Part shown: piece after piece, positions 59,801 to 64,000 of the stretch
Numbering within the stretch: position 1 is the first letter of the stretch
Layout of the letters: each line of letters starts with the position of its first letter
Assembly (NCBI GenBank): GCA_963717505.1
Contig: OY970342.1
Span: forward strand, 832,001 to 896,000
Reading direction: 5' to 3'
Origin: Candidatus Eiseniibacteriota bacterium
GTDB taxonomy: Bacteria; Eisenbacteria; RBG-16-71-46
DNA length: 64,000 nt
The notes under the pieces: model-generated
Told to the model about the DNA's origin: nothing
The model's input: only the letters and a program-made list of their open reading frames with translations
The model's database searches: none
Position numbers and translations under genes: made by a program

Positions 59801-62013
59801 GCGACCATCTCCTGATGGCTTGCTTTGCTGGCGACCGAGATTCCTGCTGGGTCCCAGGCTTCGCCGAGTAGGAAGGCGCTGGACGAAACCAGCGAGATCC
59901 CCACGAATCCCTGGGTCGGGAGGCCGCCGACACTCGAGAAGTTACCGCCGACATAGAGCGTCGAGCCGTGGGCGGCCATCGAGGTGATCGTTCCGTTCGC
60001 GTTCGGGTTCCAGCTGGACAGGGATCCGCTCACATCGGACGCCGCGAGGTAGGACCGACCCTGACTGCTGACGATCGTGAAGTTTCCGCCGAAGTAGGCG
60101 GTCGAGCCGCTGACCACGACGGACTTGACGGTGCTCTGAGCAAAAGGATTCCAACTGGTGGCAGCATTGCTCGAGACGAAGATCGAAGCGATGCGCGGCC
60201 GCATCTGCCCGCCGACGAAAAGGAAATCGCCGACCACGTAGACCTTGTCGCCATGGACTTCGACGTCCTCCACCCAATTGTCGAGGTTCGGATTCCAGCT
60301 GGTCGCCGTGCCCGTGCCGCCGACGTCGAGCGCGGCGAGGTAGTTTCGCGACTGGCCGCCGATGGTGGTGAACACACCTCCGGCGTAAACCGTGTTGCCG
60401 TCGATCGCGATCGAGCGCACCACACCGTTGGCGTTCGGGTTCCACGAAGTCGCGGCACCTGTGCTGGCATCGATCGCTCCGATGAAGTTGCGTCCCACCC
60501 CGGCAAGCGCGGTGAAGAAGCCGGCGGCATAGATGGTGTTGCCATCGACCGCCAGGTCGAGAACCCCGCTGCCCGCGGTGGGATTCCAGGAAGTCGGCAC
60601 CCCGGTGGTGGCCGAGAGCGCCGCGATGCTGAATCGGGTCTGCCCTTTGATGGTGTTGAAGCTCCCGCCGACATACACCGTGTTCCCGTCCACTGCTAGT
60701 GCAGTCACCGACCCGTTGCAGTTCGGGTCCCAGCTCGTGACCATACCGGTGTTGAGGTCGATCGCCGCGAGCCGTTGGCGCTCCGAGCCCCCTGCGCTCG
60801 TGAACTCTCCGCCGACCATCAGCGTTGTCGTGCCGGCCAAGCGCAGGGCATGCACGGGCAACGTCGGACTCGGATCCCAGCCCAGGGCCGTCCCGCTGCT
60901 CTGGTCGATCGCGGCCAGGTACCGGCGCGACTGTCCGCCGATGAACGTGAACTGACCGCCGGCATACACCTTGCCGCCGCTGACCTGGAGTGCTCGGACA
61001 TTGAAGTCGGCGGAAGGATTCCAGATCGTGGGAGCGCCGGTTGCCTCCGAGATCGCCGCGATCCGCAACCGCGTAATCGTGCCACCGAAGGTGGAGAAGG
61101 TTCCACCCACGTAGACGTTCCCGCCATTGACCGCCAGAGCGAGGACCTCGCCGTTCGAATTCGGATCCCATGCCAACGCGACGTTGGAGGAGGCATCCAG
61201 GGCGGCGAGTCGATTGCGTGGCGAACTACCAATGTTGGCGAAGTTGCCCCCGGCGTACAGGGTTGTTCCGTTCAAGGCCAGGGCATAGACGTGGCCGTCG
61301 GAGCCCGGATTCCAAGCGGTCGCGACACCAGTGGTCGCGCTGAGTGCCGCGATCCGGCTACGCGGCGCGAGTCCGATATTGAAGAACGCGCCGCCCGCGT
61401 ACACCGTGCTTCCAGAAAGCAGGAGCGCAAAGACCGGCCCGTCGGCGTTGGGAATCCAGTTGATGGCCGCGCCGGTAGCGATGCTCACCGCGCCCACGTA
61501 AGTTCGACCCGCTCCGCCGACAGTCGTGAATCCGCCTCCGAGGTACACCGCGGAGCCGCCGACTGCGATGGTGTAAACCGGGCCGCCGAAGGCTTCGGGC
61601 GCCCAGTCGGTCACCGTGTAGTCCGAAGCGATGTGCGCGATGTTGGAGCGTGGAACGCCGCCCACGTGCGTGAAGTTCCCGCCGAGGTACCAGCCGCCGG
61701 TTTCGTCGGGGGCTATGGCGTAGACGGTGCCGACCACCTGGGGCAGGCCGAGCGCTTGTCCGGTTGTGGTGTGTATCGGCGCCGCCGCACCCGTCGGCGG
61801 TCCGACACGGGTGAACAGGCCACCGATGTAGGCCGTGTTGCCCGAAAACGCGATGGCCTCGACGCTCCCGTCGGTGACCCAGAGGTCACTGCGAATCGGC
61901 TGTGCGTGCGCGCCCGCGGCAAGGGTTAGGAGCAGGGCGGCAGCGAATGAGGCACGCCTCGCGCAGAGGCGGAGAGAAGGAATCGTCAGGTGCAACCAGC
62001 GGCTTCGGCGCAT
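56821..62013 (-). CDS. Large secreted protein: 14 propeller repeats, 16 'DGxGGAxVxW' repeats, FlgD/T9SS-A-like CTD (paralogue 3)
   Basis: Signal ...LAAGAHA|Q; same N-terminal module as 11802-20407; C-terminus 'WPNP...VDVAGR...WDGR...GIYF...FVLIR'. Start inferred at ATG 62013. Confidence 0.9.
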   Translation of the reverse strand: MRRSRWLHLTIPSLRLCARRASFAAALLLTLAAGAHAQPIRSDLWVTDGSVEAIAFSGNTAYIGGLFTRVGPPTGAAAPIHTTTGQALGLPQVVGTVYAIAPDETGGWYLGGNFTHVGGVPRSNIAHIASDYTVTDWAPEAFGGPVYTIAVGGSAVYLGGGFTTVGGAGRTYVGAVSIATGAAINWIPNADGPVFALLLSGSTVYAGGAFFNIGLAPRSRIAALSATTGVATAWNPGSDGHVYALALNGTTLYAGGNFANIGSSPRNRLAALDASSNVALAWDPNSNGEVLALAVNGGNVYVGGTFSTFGGTITRLRIAAISEATGAPTIWNPSADFNVRALQVSGGKVYAGGQFTFIGGQSRRYLAAIDQSSGTALGWDPSPTLPVHALRLAGTTTLMVGGEFTSAGGSERQRLAAIDLNTGMVTSWDPNCNGSVTALAVDGNTVYVGGSFNTIKGQTRFSIAALSATTGVPTSWNPTAGSGVLDLAVDGNTIYAAGFFTALAGVGRNFIGAIDASTGAATSWNPNANGVVRSIAIDGNTVYAGGVFTTIGGQSRNYLAALDVGGTGTATSWNPNLDNWVEDVEVHGDKVYVVGDFLFVGGQMRPRIASIFVSSNAATSWNPFAQSTVKSVVVSGSTAYFGGNFTIVSSQGRSYLAASDVSGSLSSWNPNANGTITSMAAHGSTLYVGGNFSSVGGLPTQGFVGISLVSSSAFLLGEAWDPAGISVASKASHQEMVADGAGGAVIVWQTADNNVDLHGTRVGPDGRFAPGWYPGGTVVANAIDRQSLNIVQVPNSYIVPKPSVVADGTGGFISAWSDARGTTQSIFAQRLSGTGQPQWTNNGVAIGPAAVRAGDFPVVAAGDGGAFVAWSDTIDGNSNIYASRILASGSVASGWSSRGIGVSTATGEQLDPAATSDGRGGLIVAWRDNRPGGAEGDIYIRRMNATGNALWTSGGVALCTENSEQRSPGMVTDERGGAIVVWNDRRAGGPIGRLYGQRVDSLGTPLWASDGVELAAGTTGEWDLVADGTGGLLIAWRDGGDLFVQRIGPGGTRRWGSTGVQLMSTVADPAAPRVVPDGSGGALVSWVDQEGFYTVRIDASGNTADGWTAGGTSVTTPLQPDVVAPWLASDGNGGAIVGWLVDGETNLRVQRIRYDGFVASPPPGQWQLNGVPAATPLGVQQRPAVVSNSQGGAIIVWEDYGNPEPGSSPGRGPGLHGPGHALVTGIKILESGDVDPDWAGNGNQLAPSANNQFTPVAVSDGLGGAIVAWTEVVGVGSDVRAQHIRENSVLFQGWPAGGLPLHAPGGNNSNPAIAVDGLGGAIVAWEQAGGVTGQDIVAQRVRDNGTLLWGAGGLTLCNVNGNQTRPVVIEDGSGGAYVAWVDVRGANADIYGVHVDSTGTLVTGWTAGGSSIMSQGNDQDQVSGVSDGVGGAIFAWRDARLGTRDVYAQKCSDRTPQAWGFSGVAVVQAAGDQNTPRLASDGVGGAVVAWEDLRPGNNATDLFAMRVRGTGTVDAQWPVDGVALTHAVADQMNPQVVSDAQGGVVVFWEDDRNGAGADIYAMGVQGNGLLDSRYPLDGLEVSVADGSQSGVVLTTDGSGGAVVTWSDGRGTDPDIYAMHLFGTSAPSPLAVGERLPRNAMRFAAPWPNPSRGAITFAFEIPSAAEVRLDIVDVAGRRMHQLARGATWAAGVHEIRWDGRSSAGGPAPAGIYFAQLRVGRAAVTRRFVLIR

Positions 62014-62247
62014 GGCGGCGGCTCTCCGGTGCGGTACAAAGCAAGCAAGGCGCATCGAGTCTAGCAGCGATTCGAGACTCCTCGTGACCGAAATACCGGC
62101 CATCCCGGGCAAAGTTCGGGGGAGCCGGCCGAGGGCGCGGCTCGAGGGCAATCGCTGGAAGTCGTTGGGCCGCTTGCGGGCTCTCGAGGCGGGCTCTGGA
62201 AGCCGGCCCTTGCCCCGGCTACCATGCGTACTCAACCGAGGATCCCC

Positions 62248-63366
62248 ATGACGCCCAAGCGCAACCCCCACATCACCGGCAAGTCGATCAGTCCACCGGC
62301 GATCACCGGCCGCGAGACCGCGGCCGAGCTGGTCGAGAACAACTTCCTCGCCTATAACGCCGCGCGGCTGCGCGAGGGGGCTCGGCTCCTGACCGAGCGT
62401 ATGCTCGAGGACAACGTCACCGTCGGACTGTCGATCACGGGTGCTCTGACCCCGGCCGGGCTCGGCATGGGCGCGATCATCCCGCTCATGGAAGCCGGCT
62501 TCGTCGACTGGATCGTGTCGACCGGTGCCAACCTGTATCACGACGCCCATTTCGGCCTCGGGCTGTCGATGCACCAGGGCACGTTCCAGGCCGACGACGT
62601 CGTGCTGCGCGAGCAGGAAGTCGTCCGCATCTACGACGTATTTTTCGATTATTCCGTTCTACTCGACACCGACGCATTCTTCCGCGAGATCATTGCCGGG
62701 CCGGAATTCCAACGCGCAATGAGCACCGCCGAGTTCCACTTCCTGTGCGGCAAGTTTTTGCGCGCGCGCGAAGAGAAGCTGGGCCTCAAACGCAAGTCGC
62801 TGCTCGGGGCGGCGCACGAGTTCGGCGTGCCGATCTACACCAGCTCGCCGGGCGATTCATCGATCGGCATGAACGTGGCCGCGATGGCGATCGAGGGCAA
62901 CAAGCTCGTGTTCGACGTCAGCGCCGACGTCAACGAGACCGCGGCGATCGTGTGGGACGCTAAGTCGGGCGGCGGCAAGAGCGCGGTGTGGATCCTGGGC
63001 GGCGGTAGCCCGAAGAATTTCGTGCTGCAAACCGAGCCGCAGATCCAGGAAGTGCTCGGGATCGCCGAAAAGGGCCACGACTACTTCCTGGCGGTCACCG
63101 ACGCTCGGCCCGACACCGGTGGACTCTCCGGGGCGACGCCGGCCGAGGCAGTGAGCTGGGGCAAGATCGATCCCGACCAATTGCCGGGCACGGTGATCTG
63201 CTACTGCGACTCGACCATCGGTTTGCCGCTGCTAACTGCCTACGCTCTGGCCAAGCATCCGCCGCGCAAGCTCAGGCGGTTGTATGATCGGCGCGGCGAT
63301 CTGATGACCAAGCTCAAGGAAGCGTATCTGTCGCGCGGGCGCGCGGCGACGTCGGCCAAGCGCTAG
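62248..63366 (+). CDS. Deoxyhypusine-synthase-like protein (probable homospermidine synthase, SpeY-type)
   Basis: [54 protein letters not shown]. Confidence 0.9.
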   Translation: MTPKRNPHITGKSISPPAITGRETAAELVENNFLAYNAARLREGARLLTERMLEDNVTVGLSITGALTPAGLGMGAIIPLMEAGFVDWIVSTGANLYHDAHFGLGLSMHQGTFQADDVVLREQEVVRIYDVFFDYSVLLDTDAFFREIIAGPEFQRAMSTAEFHFLCGKFLRAREEKLGLKRKSLLGAAHEFGVPIYTSSPGDSSIGMNVAAMAIEGNKLVFDVSADVNETAAIVWDAKSGGGKSAVWILGGGSPKNFVLQTEPQIQEVLGIAEKGHDYFLAVTDARPDTGGLSGATPAEAVSWGKIDPDQLPGTVICYCDSTIGLPLLTAYALAKHPPRKLRRLYDRRGDLMTKLKEAYLSRGRAATSAKR

Positions 63367-63384
63367 CGACGTCGGGTGACCACC

Positions 63385-64000
63385 ATGGAACCCAAAATCA
63401 TTCAGGGGGGCATGGGCGTCGGGGTTTCGAGCTGGAACCTCGCCCGCACGGTCTCCCAGCTCGGCCAGCTCGGGGTCGTATCGGGAACGGCGATCGACGC
63501 GGTGGTCGTCCGCCGTCTGGCTGACGGCGACCGTGGCGGACACGTGCAGCGTGCGATGAGCGCCTACCCCTACCGGGGAATCGTGGCCGAAGTGCTGCGC
63601 CGGTATTTCAAGCCCGAGGGTCGAGCGACCGGCGAGCCCTATCCGCTCCTGCCGCTCCAGCAGCGCGAGCTCGATCCATTTCGCCAGCGTCTGATCGCCC
63701 TGTGCAATTTCGTCGAGGTGTTTCTCGCCAAGGAGGGACATGACGGCTTGGTGGGCATCAACTACCTGATGAAGATCCAGATCCCCACGCTGCCGTCGCT
63801 CTATGGCGCCATGCTGGCCGGCGTCGACTACGTGCTCATGGGCGCCGGCATTCCGCGCGAGATCCCGGGAGCGCTCGACGAACTGGCGGCGAACCGTCCG
63901 GCGTCGATTCGCTTCGACGTCACCGGTGGCACCGGCGCCGACGACGAAACGCTCGAGTTCGATCCGTCGATCATTTGGGAAGGTGGCGCGGCTCCCACGC
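63385..64000 (+). CDS. Nitronate monooxygenase family protein (partial, runs off the window)
   Basis: Hand translation: MEPKIIQGGMGVGVSSWNLARTVS..GQLGVVSGT...GINYLMKIQ...YGAMLAGVDYVLMGAGIP. Confidence 0.88.
   Translation, partial: MEPKIIQGGMGVGVSSWNLARTVSQLGQLGVVSGTAIDAVVVRRLADGDRGGHVQRAMSAYPYRGIVAEVLRRYFKPEGRATGEPYPLLPLQQRELDPFRQRLIALCNFVEVFLAKEGHDGLVGINYLMKIQIPTLPSLYGAMLAGVDYVLMGAGIPREIPGALDELAANRPASIRFDVTGGTGADDETLEFDPSIIWEGGAAPT

Noticed and set aside
62014-62574. N-terminal 187-codon extension of the 1917-aa ORF
   Set aside because: Overlaps the DHS-like gene antisense and precedes the signal peptide; the real start is near 62013.
62248-63366. Eukaryote/archaea-like hypusination pathway
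   Set aside because: Bacterial DHS-like proteins are widespread and generally assigned to polyamine (homospermidine) synthesis; no IF5A/EF-P gene lies next to it here.

Overview
High-GC bacterial chromosomal window, densely coding (about 41 genes). I saw no rRNA, tRNA, CRISPR array, transposase or integrase. Five large secreted proteins end in a T9SS-type-A/FlgD-Ig-like C-terminal domain, which suggests an FCB-group candidate phylum such as Ca. Eisenbacteria (inference only). The most unusual part is 1-11.8 kb, a signalling island with an ECF sigma/anti-sigma pair, an FHA-like Ser/Thr kinase, a standalone FHA protein and a ClpA/C-type ATPase. It also holds a 3.9-kb core (kinase-STAND ATPase plus GAF sigma54 activator) bracketed by a 726-bp inverted repeat (6372-7097 / 10988-11713). 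Each arm carries a palindromic enhancer-like site, a sigma54 -24/-12 promoter and a complete copy of a 130-aa secreted protein gene, and ends at that gene's stop codon. Other highlights: three paralogous surface proteins sharing a 14-blade beta-propeller module, Gln at +1 after the signal peptide in all five CTD proteins, and a 92-aa protamine-like Arg/Lys protein with its own promoter and terminator. The rest is ordinary metabolic and regulatory content (AAA/amidase/VWA operon, GT-C, TonB receptor, SorAB-like pair, hybrid kinase, creD, glcDE, ABC exporter, DinB, DHS-like enzyme, nitronate monooxygenase). All calls come from reading motifs by eye; no database searches were run.
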